A DNA stretch of 64,000 nucleotides from a virus: IMG/VR virus record IMGVR_UViG_3300035675_000004, positions 36,943 to 100,942 of that record; one strand, given 5' to 3'. The notes beneath the pieces are model-generated. The model saw nothing but the letters and a program-made list of their open reading frames with translations. It was not told the origin of the DNA and ran no database searches. Position 1 is the first letter of the stretch. Each line of letters opens with the position of its first letter. Below, in pieces: positions 1 to 8,989 of the stretch. Position numbers and translations under genes: made by a program.

Positions 1-2
1 AA

Positions 3-101
3 ATTATTTTAGTTTTATCCGTCAACGGCAAATTCTATTTAAGTCAGAAAGGATGGGAAAAATTTAAAAGAGAGATAGATGACTATATCAGGGAAAAATA
101 A
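3..101 (+). CDS. 3' end of hypothetical protein (truncated by window edge)
   Basis: Open frame ...KREIDDYIREK ending at TAA 99-101, overlapping the next ATG (TAATG). Confidence 0.5.
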   Translation: MILVLSVNGKFYLSQKGWEKFKREIDDYIREK

Positions 102-367
102 TGGGAAAGATAGCCGAGATAATGGAAAGATATCTAATAGAAGATATCGAATATAGTCGAGCCTATAAAGAATGGCGTAAAGCTAAAGACGAATTGATAA
201 AAATGAAAAAACGGGCCGACGGTTTATCTGGTGATGCTAAGAAAAAGGAGAATGAGAAAATAGAACAGCTTAAAAAGAAAGTTGCTAATTTAGCGAAGAA
301 GAAAAATGCTGATGTATATTATAGTATCCGCTTAGATCAACCGATAGGAAGCAAGATGAAAAAATAA
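101..367 (+). CDS. Basic coiled-coil protein with capsid-targeting-like leader (MGKIAEIMERYLIE)
   Basis: 88-aa ORF; leader shared with the ORF family at 12.4-17.9 kb. Confidence 0.7.
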   Translation: MGKIAEIMERYLIEDIEYSRAYKEWRKAKDELIKMKKRADGLSGDAKKKENEKIEQLKKKVANLAKKKNADVYYSIRLDQPIGSKMKK

Positions 368-404
368 AACAAGGGCGTTGAAAGCCTTGATATATCTACA
401 TTTG

Positions 405-432
405 AAGGGTATCCTTACGGATACCCTTTTTT
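405..432 (+). terminator. Intrinsic terminator
   Basis: Stem AAGGGTATCC-TTAC-GGATACCCTT followed by T run. Confidence 0.85.
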
Positions 433-434
433 AT

Positions 435-442
435 TATAAATA
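435..442 (+). promoter_or_regulatory. T4-type late promoter
   Basis: Exact TATAAATA upstream of gp22/gp23. Confidence 0.85.
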
Positions 443-513
443 AATAGTGAATAAACCTGTTATTATGTGATGACATTTAATAACATCACTATAACATATA
501 GGAGGGTCAATAA

Positions 514-1488
514 ATGTTTGAGGAAATCTTGAAGATGCTAGGCATCGAGAAACTTGAAGAAGCACAGATTACCTCTATCAAGGCAAAGCTCGAAGATATC
601 GTTGATATCAAAGCCCGCGAAAAGTCAGACAGCCTGCTCAAAGAGCAGTCAGAAAAACTTATCGAGGAGTATGAGGAGAAATTCGAGCAGTATAAATCGG
701 ATGTCACAGGAAAGTTTTCTAATTTCGTGGACTCCGTTCTTGAGGAGGAGCTCACGCTTCCAGAGAAAATTGTTGAGTTCGCTAAGAAAGGCGAGCTGTA
801 TGACGAAGTAATCTCAGCACTCAAAGTCAAAATGGCTATTGATGAGGGATTGCTCACAGAAGAAGTTAAGACACTTTTGAGAGAGGCAAGGGATGAAATC
901 TTGAGCCTCAGAGATCAGCTGAATGAAGCCACAGGCGCAAAGATGTCTCTTGAAGAAGATGCAAAGAAACTTGCAGCACATCTTTATTTGAGGCAGAAGT
1001 GTGACGGTTTGGTTGAATCACAGAGGAAAAGAGTTTTGGAAATCCTTGACGATCTTACAACGAAAGATGAGATTGACAGAAAGTTTCAAATTGTTATTGA
1101 TCACGTTCTAAAAGAGGACGATATTCCGGCTACACCGGCTGCTGACCCACACGATCAGAGACCGGATGATACGGATAAAGGCGATACCCCTGCACCCGCT
1201 GGTTTACCAAAGGGGTCAGAGGAGCCTGAAGCAGAAGCCAAAACCTTCCAATGCATTTGCACGAAGTGCGGCGCTCAATCATCTTCCAAGACAGCTTGTG
1301 CTACCACAGCGTGCCCAAGTTGCGGCGGGGGAATGAAAGACGATGAATCAGCTACACCAGCTGATGAGTCAGGACAAGGCCAGATGGAAATTGACGATCC
1401 AGACGGCAAACCAGTGCAGGAGAGTTTAACTCCGTTTGATAATGAAATTCAAAAGTATGTCAAAATTCTGAAAGAGAACAGATTTTAG
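514..1488 (+). CDS. gp22: Prohead core scaffold protein (gp22-like) with an extra Cys-rich insert
   Basis: Acidic coiled-coil protein directly upstream of major capsid gene; AGGAGG RBS; multiple LxE sites. Confidence 0.8.
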   Translation: MFEEILKMLGIEKLEEAQITSIKAKLEDIVDIKAREKSDSLLKEQSEKLIEEYEEKFEQYKSDVTGKFSNFVDSVLEEELTLPEKIVEFAKKGELYDEVISALKVKMAIDEGLLTEEVKTLLREARDEILSLRDQLNEATGAKMSLEEDAKKLAAHLYLRQKCDGLVESQRKRVLEILDDLTTKDEIDRKFQIVIDHVLKEDDIPATPAADPHDQRPDDTDKGDTPAPAGLPKGSEEPEAEAKTFQCICTKCGAQSSSKTACATTACPSCGGGMKDDESATPADESGQGQMEIDDPDGKPVQESLTPFDNEIQKYVKILKENRF

Positions 1489-1509
1489 TTTAGGAGGATA
1501 ATTCACAAG

Positions 1510-2676
1510 ATGAATACAAAGGATTTGGTAAAGAAATGGGAAGCCATTCTTAATGAAGGCAGAAAGTTCAAATCTAAGAAAGTTCAAAGAGCAACTGCTG
1601 TCATGCTTGAGAATGAGCATAAGTACCTTACCGAAACCGGCAACTATACTCAGACAGGTCTCAATAGGAATGACGGTTATGCAACATCTGGTGATTTTCA
1701 TCAGATTGCCGTTCCTATGGTTAGACGAACATTTCCTGAGCTTGTAGCTCACGAAATCGTAGGCGTTCAGCCAATGACCGGTCCCGTAGGGCTGGCTTTC
1801 GCACTCAGGTTCAGAGCGGGTCAGACATATAACTCGGCTGCTAATACAGAGCTCGGTTATAACACCATTGACACGACATACTCTGGATCTTACACGACAT
1901 CCGCTGGTGAAGCTTATGGTTCTAATGTCACCGGTGATATCGGTCTGGGAATTGGAACAGGCGTGGCCATCAACGAAGTCAATTTGACAATCGAGAAGGC
2001 ACAGGTCGAAGCTAAGACCAGAAAACTCAGGAGCCGTTGGTCTCTTGAAGTCGCTCAGGATCTCAAGGCTATGCACGGTCTTGACCTTGAGGAAGAAATG
2101 ATGGACATTCTCGCATATGAAATCACAGCTGAAATCGATCGTGAGATCGTAGACGCCGTGAATGCAATTGCGGAAGCATCAAGTTGGTCATACTCAACAT
2201 CTGCAGACGGTAGGTGGGAATCTGAGAAATACAGAAACCTCTACAATGTAGTTGTTCGTAGAGCCAACGAGATCGCAATCGACACCCGTAGGGGCGCTGG
2301 TAACTTTGTTCTGGCTGCACCTTATGTTTGTGCCGCATTTGAAGGTCTATCAAGTTTCGTTATCCATCCAACGGATGGCGAAATTAATACATTGGTAGCT
2401 GGTGTTGCCAAAATGGGTTCTCTCGACGGCCGCATTGCGGTTTTCAGAGACACATTCGCTGCATCCGACTACATGACAGTTGGATATAAAGGCCCGTCAG
2501 AGTATGACGCAGGTATTATCTACCTCCCATACATTCAGCTGATGGTATCAAAGACGATTTACGAGCAGTCATTCCATCCAACCGTAGGTTTGATGAGTAG
2601 ATATGCTATCCATAATCATATCTTTGGTGCAAACCTTTACTACAAGAAGGTAACGATTACCGGCTTGCCAACCTAA
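1510..2676 (+). CDS. gp23: Major capsid protein
   Basis: T4 gp23 motifs VGVQPMTGPVGLAFALR, AKTRKLRSRWSLEVAQDLKAMHGLD, EITAEIDREI, YKGPSEYDAGIIYLPY. Confidence 0.97.
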   Translation: MNTKDLVKKWEAILNEGRKFKSKKVQRATAVMLENEHKYLTETGNYTQTGLNRNDGYATSGDFHQIAVPMVRRTFPELVAHEIVGVQPMTGPVGLAFALRFRAGQTYNSAANTELGYNTIDTTYSGSYTTSAGEAYGSNVTGDIGLGIGTGVAINEVNLTIEKAQVEAKTRKLRSRWSLEVAQDLKAMHGLDLEEEMMDILAYEITAEIDREIVDAVNAIAEASSWSYSTSADGRWESEKYRNLYNVVVRRANEIAIDTRRGAGNFVLAAPYVCAAFEGLSSFVIHPTDGEINTLVAGVAKMGSLDGRIAVFRDTFAASDYMTVGYKGPSEYDAGIIYLPYIQLMVSKTIYEQSFHPTVGLMSRYAIHNHIFGANLYYKKVTITGLPT

Positions 2677-2696
2677 TGTGGTTAATATAGTGTAAT

Positions 2697-2737
2697 AAAA
2701 GACCCTCTGGAGCGCAGGTTCCAGAGGGTTTTTGTTT
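2697..2737 (+). terminator. Intrinsic terminator after gp23
   Basis: GACCCTCTGGAGC-GCAG-GTTCCAGAGGGTT plus T run. Confidence 0.85.
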
Positions 2738-2763
2738 ACTTTTAGACTAAATACTGGTATAAT
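2734..2763 (+). promoter_or_regulatory. Sigma70/T4-early-type promoter with embedded late-like CTAAATA
   Basis: GTTTACT, 17-nt spacer, TGG-TATAAT (extended -10); CTAAATA at 2747-2753. Confidence 0.7.
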
Positions 2764-2777
2764 AGTATAAGTGAGGG

Positions 2778-3302
2778 ATGACTATGCCTGTATTAGATAG
2801 AAAAGGATTAACTGAATTAATGGATATGGATCAGCTGCAACAGGATGTAATAGATGTGGCCGCTGAAACCGTATCTGTAACAGAGGATGAAGATGAAGCT
2901 GTACGCATCCTAAAACAGAATATTGAGAAGGCCAATGTACTTCTCGATAAATGTATTGCGGAAATGAATAACGGTAACTTTTCGGCCCGATTAGTCGAAG
3001 TTTCGAGCCTTTTAGTTAACTCAGTTACCACCGCGAGCGGGCAAATCCTTGCCCACCAAGACGCACAGCAAGGTTTACAAATCAAAGAAAGTATGATAAG
3101 ATTAAAGTCAAAAGAAGTTCTCATTAGAGAGAAATATCTTAGCGGAAAAGAAGCTAAAGAGGGCTCCGGTACCAATCAACAACTTGTAATTACCGATAGA
3201 GAGACCATCCTGAAGTTTCTGCAAGACAAAAACGAAAAGAAAGAAGTCAAACAGGTTGTTTCAACACAACCAAGATTGGAGGACACTGATGATGCCAAGT
3301 GA
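2778..3302 (+). CDS. gp16: Terminase small subunit (gp16-like)
   Basis: Pattern LKQNIEKAN...SARLVEVSSLLVNSV...TNQQLVITDRETILKFL resembles gp16 (PRAYEV...NNALFVGST..LQKLL). Confidence 0.7.
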   Translation: MTMPVLDRKGLTELMDMDQLQQDVIDVAAETVSVTEDEDEAVRILKQNIEKANVLLDKCIAEMNNGNFSARLVEVSSLLVNSVTTASGQILAHQDAQQGLQIKESMIRLKSKEVLIREKYLSGKEAKEGSGTNQQLVITDRETILKFLQDKNEKKEVKQVVSTQPRLEDTDDAK

Positions 3303-5247
3303 TTTTAGGTCTATTATTCTTGACCAAAGGAAAGAGAAGAAAGCTACGATGTGGGAAGGTACTTGTCTGGATTATCTCTACAGAGCGAAGGAAAATCCAG
3401 AGGTAGCAAATCTATCGCCGGGTCGTATTTACAATATGATTATGAAACACGGCGTAGAGGATGTTGATATTTCGTTCAAGACGAGAGGCTATGAGGATTT
3501 GGTCAGATACAAATTTTTCGATGGCAAGATTTTCGGAACCCTTGAGGCTCTGCATGACATTATGCGTTTCTTGAAAGCAGCGGCTCGCAGAACGGAAACT
3601 GGAAAGAGGATCCTTATTATGGTGGGTCCGGTTTCTTCTGGAAAGTCTACTATCGCTAACCTTATCAAGAGAGGATTGGAGGCAGATGATACTCCAAGAT
3701 ATTCTGTCAAGGACTGCCCTATTCACGAAGAACCGCTACATCTTATTCCAAATGCGGATAGGGAATACTGGGAGAAAGCTCTCGGTGTCAAGATAGAGGG
3801 AACACTTTGTCCTGTCTGCCAGCATATGATAGATGAGCAGTTTACGGACACTGATGGTCACATAAAGTGGGAAGAAGTTCCGGTTGTTCAGCTTCAGTTC
3901 AATGAACAGAAGCGAGTTGGTATTGGAACATTCCAACCATCCGATCCGAAGTCTCAGGATATTTCTGAGCTCATCGGTCGTGTCAATATGTCCAAGATGA
4001 CCCGCTACGGTGAGACAGACCCCCGCGCTTACCAGTTCAACGGTGAGTTGCAGGTTGCCAATGGTGGGTTGATTGAATACATCGAAATCTTGAAAGCGGA
4101 TGTTAAATTCCACTATGTCTTGATTACGGCAGCACAGGAGCAGATGATTAAAGCTCCGGGCTTCCCTCAGATGTATATTGATACCCTTATTCTATCCCAT
4201 ACGAACCAGACGGAGTTCGACAGCTTCAAGGCTGAGAAAAAGAACGAAGCTCTGCATGACAGGATGTACCCTATTATGGTTCCGTGGAACCTTCGTGTGG
4301 ACGATGAAATCAAAATCTACGAGAAGATGATCCGTGAGAGTGACTTCCGGGATATCCATATATCTCCTAACACCCTCAGAATTGCGGCTCAGTTTGCCGT
4401 GTTGACAAGGCTTGTTCCTTCGCCAAAGGTTTCTTCTCTTATTCAGAAGATGAAAATCTACAACGGTGAAATCAGCGAGGAAATGAAGAAGCAAGAGATT
4501 GATGTGAAGGCTCTCCGTCTGGAAGGGCGAGAGCAGGGTGAGGGAATGAAAGGTATTTCCCCACGATTTATCATCAACGCCTTGAATATTGCTCTTGGTA
4601 TCAAAGAGGATAAGAAGTGTATCAATCCTATTGATATCATCAGAACGCTGAGGTCTAACTTCCAGCATTCCATCGGTATCGCCGAGGAAGATGCTAAGCG
4701 TTATCTTGGCATCCTGATTGGTGAGAAAGAGAGCGTCAGAGCAGAGCTCACCGAAATGTCTAAGAAGGAAGTTAATATGTCCTTCCTGTCTGCTTATGAG
4801 GATCAGGCTCAGTCGTTGTTTGAGAATTACATCCGTAATGCTGAGGCGTTCTGCAAGAAAGAGAATGTTCTCGACAGCATTACTGGTGAGTATAGCACAC
4901 CTGACGAAAAACTGATGAGGTCTATTGAGGAATACATCGGTGTTCCTGTTAATTCCAAATCGGAGTTTCGTAATAATATATTCGTTTACAAATCATCCCA
5001 GCTGGAGAAACGCGAACTGTTTACCTTCAGAACATATGATCCATTGAGAATAGCCATCGAGAAAAAGCTGATGGCCGATCTCAAGAATGTGGTATCTTTG
5101 ACTTTGGCTGACAAGACCGCAACGGATAAGAGGTCGCAGATGAAGCGCAAAACGGCAGTCAACAACCTTATCAAGAGGGGTTACTGTGAAGATTGTGCAA
5201 ACATTCTTCTGAGCTTCGTCGGTGAAGTGCTTCGTAAAGAGGAGTAA
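3289..5247 (+). CDS. prkA: PrkA/YeaG family AAA+ ATPase (annotated serine protein kinase)
   Basis: Walker A GPVSSGKS, CPIHEEPL, RVGIGTFQPSDPKSQDISEL, ANGGLIEYIE, HTNQTEF, GISPRF; GGAGG RBS before ATG 3289/3292. Confidence 0.95.
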   Translation: MMPSDFRSIILDQRKEKKATMWEGTCLDYLYRAKENPEVANLSPGRIYNMIMKHGVEDVDISFKTRGYEDLVRYKFFDGKIFGTLEALHDIMRFLKAAARRTETGKRILIMVGPVSSGKSTIANLIKRGLEADDTPRYSVKDCPIHEEPLHLIPNADREYWEKALGVKIEGTLCPVCQHMIDEQFTDTDGHIKWEEVPVVQLQFNEQKRVGIGTFQPSDPKSQDISELIGRVNMSKMTRYGETDPRAYQFNGELQVANGGLIEYIEILKADVKFHYVLITAAQEQMIKAPGFPQMYIDTLILSHTNQTEFDSFKAEKKNEALHDRMYPIMVPWNLRVDDEIKIYEKMIRESDFRDIHISPNTLRIAAQFAVLTRLVPSPKVSSLIQKMKIYNGEISEEMKKQEIDVKALRLEGREQGEGMKGISPRFIINALNIALGIKEDKKCINPIDIIRTLRSNFQHSIGIAEEDAKRYLGILIGEKESVRAELTEMSKKEVNMSFLSAYEDQAQSLFENYIRNAEAFCKKENVLDSITGEYSTPDEKLMRSIEEYIGVPVNSKSEFRNNIFVYKSSQLEKRELFTFRTYDPLRIAIEKKLMADLKNVVSLTLADKTATDKRSQMKRKTAVNNLIKRGYCEDCANILLSFVGEVLRKEE

Positions 5248-5248
5248 T

Positions 5249-5527
5249 ATGAGCAAGGAAATTGTGAAGGATAATGTTCAAAAAACCATTGAAGCATTTC
5301 TTTCCCACCATGCGAAAGAGTTATCATCTATAAGAGATAGGTTTATAACAGAGCTGGCCGCGGCCCTGAGAACAAAGGAAGCCGCCCAGCTCACCAACCT
5401 TGAGCTTACCGATATGGATGATAACATTACAGCATGGCTCAACTCGGAAGATAGGTTGAGGGAAATGAGTGTTTTATATGATGAATGGTATTATCCGTAT
5501 ATAGCAAAATATTTTAGAAAAGAATAG
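5249..5527 (+). CDS. Hypothetical protein
   Basis: GAGGAG RBS, ATG 5249; sits between prkA and yeaH. Confidence 0.65.
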   Translation: MSKEIVKDNVQKTIEAFLSHHAKELSSIRDRFITELAAALRTKEAAQLTNLELTDMDDNITAWLNSEDRLREMSVLYDEWYYPYIAKYFRKE

Positions 5528-5536
5528 AGGACAATC

Positions 5537-6844
5537 ATGGGAGTTATTGTTCACGAAGATTGGGATCTGTCGGCCAAAGGTATAAAAGATGCGGAACGAC
5601 ACCGTGAAAAAATTGACGATGTTATCCGCAAGAATATCAAAGATGTCATAGCCGAAGAAGCAATAATCACAAAAAAGCAGGGTCAGAAGATCCGAATACC
5701 TGTCCGTGGCCTGAAAGACTACAAGTTTATCTATGGTAGTACAGGTGCATCTGGCGGTGTAGGTCAGGGTAATGCCAAGGCCGGCGACCTTATTGCTCGA
5801 AGGAGCAAGAGGGGAAAGAAGGGTGATAACAAACCCGGAAATCAGCCCGGCGAAGAATATATGGAAACAGAAGTGAGCATTGATTATCTTATCGAATTGA
5901 TGTTCGCTGATCTTGGATTGCCGTGGATTAAGGACAAGGAGCGAGCAGAGCAACTTGTTCCTAAAGGATGGAAGTTTGAGACCATATCCAAAGTAGGCAT
6001 TCGACCCCGTGTTCACAAACATAGGACACTCAAAGAAACTATGAAGCGAATGGCGATGTATGCTGCCGAAATTATGTCTGATACAGAATGTGATGAGGGT
6101 GATGCATACCGTGCTCTTGTTATGGCCGAGGGTGATTTGAACAAGGCTATTGATATTGCTAAGAGGAAGGCGATTGATGCAAGTATTGATCCGTTCTCCA
6201 TTTTTATTGAGGATGATGACCTTCGGTTCAAACAGATAGAAGAAGATTTTGAGATACACAGCAACGCGGTTGTCTTGGCGATGATGGACACATCTGGTTC
6301 TATGACAAAGGAAAAGAAATATCTCGCGAGAGCGATGTTATTCTGGCTGGTTGAGTTTCTCAAGAAAACCTATAACAATGTCAGGATAAGATTTATCGTT
6401 CATACAACCGAAGCTAAACTGGTTGACGAGGAACACTTCTTCAAGCGTGGAGAGGACGGCGGAACATATTGTCATACCGCCATTGACCTTGCCAACGAAT
6501 TGATTGAGAATGAATATCCTGTCAGTGAATGGAATGTCTATTGTGTTTACATTTCTGACGGTGAAGATTTTTCAGCCGATGAAACAGTAAAGTCTGTAAA
6601 ACAGATGCTGGAGAAGCAAATAAATATGCTTGGATATTGTGAGATAAGATTGAATGGTGAACATTACAGCTCCAGTAATCTACTCGATGCTTTCTTGAAA
6701 GAGAAGTCATTTTCATTCAAGACTAACACCGAGAACGGCACAAACTTTTACAGAGATGACGAGAAACATTTTTTGATGAGCGTAATGAAAAGCAAAAAGG
6801 ATGTATATCCTTGTTTGAGACATTTACTTTTTGAGAAAAAATAG
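5537..6844 (+). CDS. yeaH: YeaH/YhbH (DUF444) vWA-domain protein
   Basis: DWDLSAKGIKDAERH, GVGQG, MMDTSGSM MIDAS, EEHFFKRGEDGGT, WNVYCVYISDGE. Confidence 0.93.
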   Translation: MGVIVHEDWDLSAKGIKDAERHREKIDDVIRKNIKDVIAEEAIITKKQGQKIRIPVRGLKDYKFIYGSTGASGGVGQGNAKAGDLIARRSKRGKKGDNKPGNQPGEEYMETEVSIDYLIELMFADLGLPWIKDKERAEQLVPKGWKFETISKVGIRPRVHKHRTLKETMKRMAMYAAEIMSDTECDEGDAYRALVMAEGDLNKAIDIAKRKAIDASIDPFSIFIEDDDLRFKQIEEDFEIHSNAVVLAMMDTSGSMTKEKKYLARAMLFWLVEFLKKTYNNVRIRFIVHTTEAKLVDEEHFFKRGEDGGTYCHTAIDLANELIENEYPVSEWNVYCVYISDGEDFSADETVKSVKQMLEKQINMLGYCEIRLNGEHYSSSNLLDAFLKEKSFSFKTNTENGTNFYRDDEKHFLMSVMKSKKDVYPCLRHLLFEKK

Positions 6845-6852
6845 GTGCGGGA

Positions 6853-7095
6853 ATGAAGGTAACACAAAAAGATGTGAATATTGGTGATAATTTTATTGTA
6901 ACAGAAGATCTATTTGTAATGGAAAAGCCCGGTGCCGCCCTTGATAGACACGGATATCTTCTTGAAGGTGATAGAGTCACTGTCACGAAAAGACCGAGAA
7001 GATATGATGAAATAAACTGTGTTGAGTTTGAATGTAAGGGGGATGTATTTTATTCATACTGGATAGATTTTAGAAAGAGCACGGAAAGGGTGTAA
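6853..7095 (+). CDS. Hypothetical protein
   Basis: 80-aa ORF tightly packed between yeaH and spoVR. Confidence 0.65.
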   Translation: MKVTQKDVNIGDNFIVTEDLFVMEKPGAALDRHGYLLEGDRVTVTKRPRRYDEINCVEFECKGDVFYSYWIDFRKSTERV

Positions 7096-7097
7096 CA

Positions 7098-8693
7098 ATG
7101 AAGAAAGAAGAATACCAAAGGTTGATGAAAATCGAAGGAAAGATCGTCAAGCTGATGGAGGAATACGGTCTAAGGTGTTTGCCGGTTGAGTTTGATGTTA
7201 TTCCGCCACAGAAGATGATGGAAATCCTTGCGTATAGAAGTCCTACCAATATCTCCAACTGGAAATATGGTCGCGACTACGAAAGGCTGAGAACCATTTT
7301 TGACAAGGTTGATGCTGGATTGCCATACGAGCTGGTTATCAATGACAGCCCGGCGAGAGCATACTTGATGAACTCCAATACACTTTCTACACAGGTATTG
7401 GTTATGGCGCATGTTTATGCGCATGTCAACTTCTTTACAGAAAGCAGATGGTTCCAAAAATCGAGAAATGACATTATCGAAGTTATGGCTGAAGCTAATA
7501 AACGGTTTAACTATTACGAGAGATTGTATGGTCTCGATCAGGTTGAACGGATTGTTGATGCTGGCCATGCGCTTCAATGGCATTCGTCACCGTTTGAGAT
7601 GGAGACGGAGGACGAGAAACGAAAGAGAATTTTCGAGAGGGAACGTAAGACATTTATTCCATCGAAATCTGAATTTTCTGATGTTCTCCCAAAGGACAAG
7701 AGAAAGAAAATTATCTCTGATGTCGAGATGTATAACAACAAACTCTGGAAAACCCTTATGGGTATGTCGCCTGTAGAGCCTACAGAAGATTTCTTGAGAT
7801 TTATTATTGACAACTCGCAGGTTCTTGAAGATTGGGAAAAGGATATACTTGAGATTTTGAGGATAGAGGGTCAGTATTACTGGCCTCATATCAGAACAAA
7901 GTATATGAACGAAGGATGGGCTACATTTGTCCACGAAAGAATTATGAAGGTATTGTTTGACGAGGGATATCTCGATGCTACCGAGCACGGTGAATACGCC
8001 TACAATAACTCTCTTGTCAAAGGCACCAATAAACTTTCAATGAACCCCTATCTTGTAGGCTCTGAAATGTGGAAAGACATTAAGGAGAGATGGGATAAGG
8101 GAAGATACGGCACAGAATATGAAAACTGTACGGATCACAATGAGAGGGAAAAGTGGGATACGAAGGAGATGGTCGGTGAGAAAAAGATACAGGAAGTTCT
8201 CAAATCCTATACTGATTGGTTCTTTATGCAGGACTTTCTCACGGTTGACCTTATAGATAAGCTTGACCTGTATATCTATCAGATGGTCGAAACAGCCGGT
8301 TCTATAGACTATGTGAGGACAAAACACGAACGCAAAGAAGTCCGTGATTTGATAGTAAACAGCTTTGCTCATAGTGGTGTTCCGAAAGTTGAAATCGTTG
8401 ATGCCGGGAAATCCACCGGCGGCGGAATGATACTGGTTCACAGGTATAATAACATTCCGTTAGACCCGAAATATACCGAAGAAACATTGAAACACATTTG
8501 CAGATTGTGGGGCAGGCCTATTGCTCTCAAGACAGTAGTAAATGACAAGGAGCATATTTACACTGTTACAGATGAAGAAACAGCTGTGCAGCACAGTAAT
8601 GCTCCGACGCCAGGTGCTAAAGCAGCCAAACTCTTTTATTTCAGACATTTGATTGATCTCAACCCCGTGGAAAACACGATCAATATCGAGTAG
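7098..8693 (+). CDS. spoVR: SpoVR/YcgB family protein
   Basis: WKYGRDY, YELVIN, LVMAHVYAHVNFF, LEDWEKDIL, TKYMNEGWATFVH, NPYLVG. Confidence 0.93.
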   Translation: MKKEEYQRLMKIEGKIVKLMEEYGLRCLPVEFDVIPPQKMMEILAYRSPTNISNWKYGRDYERLRTIFDKVDAGLPYELVINDSPARAYLMNSNTLSTQVLVMAHVYAHVNFFTESRWFQKSRNDIIEVMAEANKRFNYYERLYGLDQVERIVDAGHALQWHSSPFEMETEDEKRKRIFERERKTFIPSKSEFSDVLPKDKRKKIISDVEMYNNKLWKTLMGMSPVEPTEDFLRFIIDNSQVLEDWEKDILEILRIEGQYYWPHIRTKYMNEGWATFVHERIMKVLFDEGYLDATEHGEYAYNNSLVKGTNKLSMNPYLVGSEMWKDIKERWDKGRYGTEYENCTDHNEREKWDTKEMVGEKKIQEVLKSYTDWFFMQDFLTVDLIDKLDLYIYQMVETAGSIDYVRTKHERKEVRDLIVNSFAHSGVPKVEIVDAGKSTGGGMILVHRYNNIPLDPKYTEETLKHICRLWGRPIALKTVVNDKEHIYTVTDEETAVQHSNAPTPGAKAAKLFYFRHLIDLNPVENTINIE

Positions 8694-8716
8694 TCCACAT
8701 TCTTTCTTTTCCGCGC

Positions 8717-8756
8717 TGGCCCCTGTGGGATTTCTTCTCACAGGGGCCATTTTTTT
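8717..8756 (+). terminator. Intrinsic terminator closing the prkA-yeaH-spoVR unit
   Basis: TGGCCCCTGTGGGA-TTTCT-TCTCACAGGGGCCA plus T7. Confidence 0.85.
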
Positions 8757-8767
8757 GCTTTCCAATC

Positions 8768-8775
8768 CATAAATA
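8768..8775 (+). promoter_or_regulatory. Late promoter (CATAAATA)
   Basis: One mismatch to TATAAATA, directly after terminator and before the ChaB-like gene and gp17. Confidence 0.7.
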
Positions 8776-8794
8776 ATGGAAAGGAGACAATATT

Positions 8795-8989
8795 ATGCCG
8801 TGGACAGTAGCAGATGTTGATAGACACAAAAAGGGTCTGTCAGCTGAACAAAAGAAAAAGTGGGTATCTATCGCCAATGCTGTTTTGAAAGATACTGGGG
8901 ATGAAGGTAGAGCTATAAGGATAGCCAATAGTAAAGTGAATGAGGATGTAGACATTCTCAGTAAGATAGACGAGTTTCTATGCCAGTAA
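8795..8989 (+). CDS. ChaB-like small protein
   Basis: MPW...KGLSAEQKKKWVSIANAVL..TGDEGRAIRIANS resembles the ChaB/DUF2188 pattern; AAGGAG RBS. Confidence 0.6.
   Translation: MPWTVADVDRHKKGLSAEQKKKWVSIANAVLKDTGDEGRAIRIANSKVNEDVDILSKIDEFLCQ

Noticed and set aside
5474-6259. Long antisense ORFs (e.g. 5474-6259, 1426-2076, 57312-57809)
   Set aside because: Shadows of well-supported genes on the opposite strand, with no recognisable motifs.
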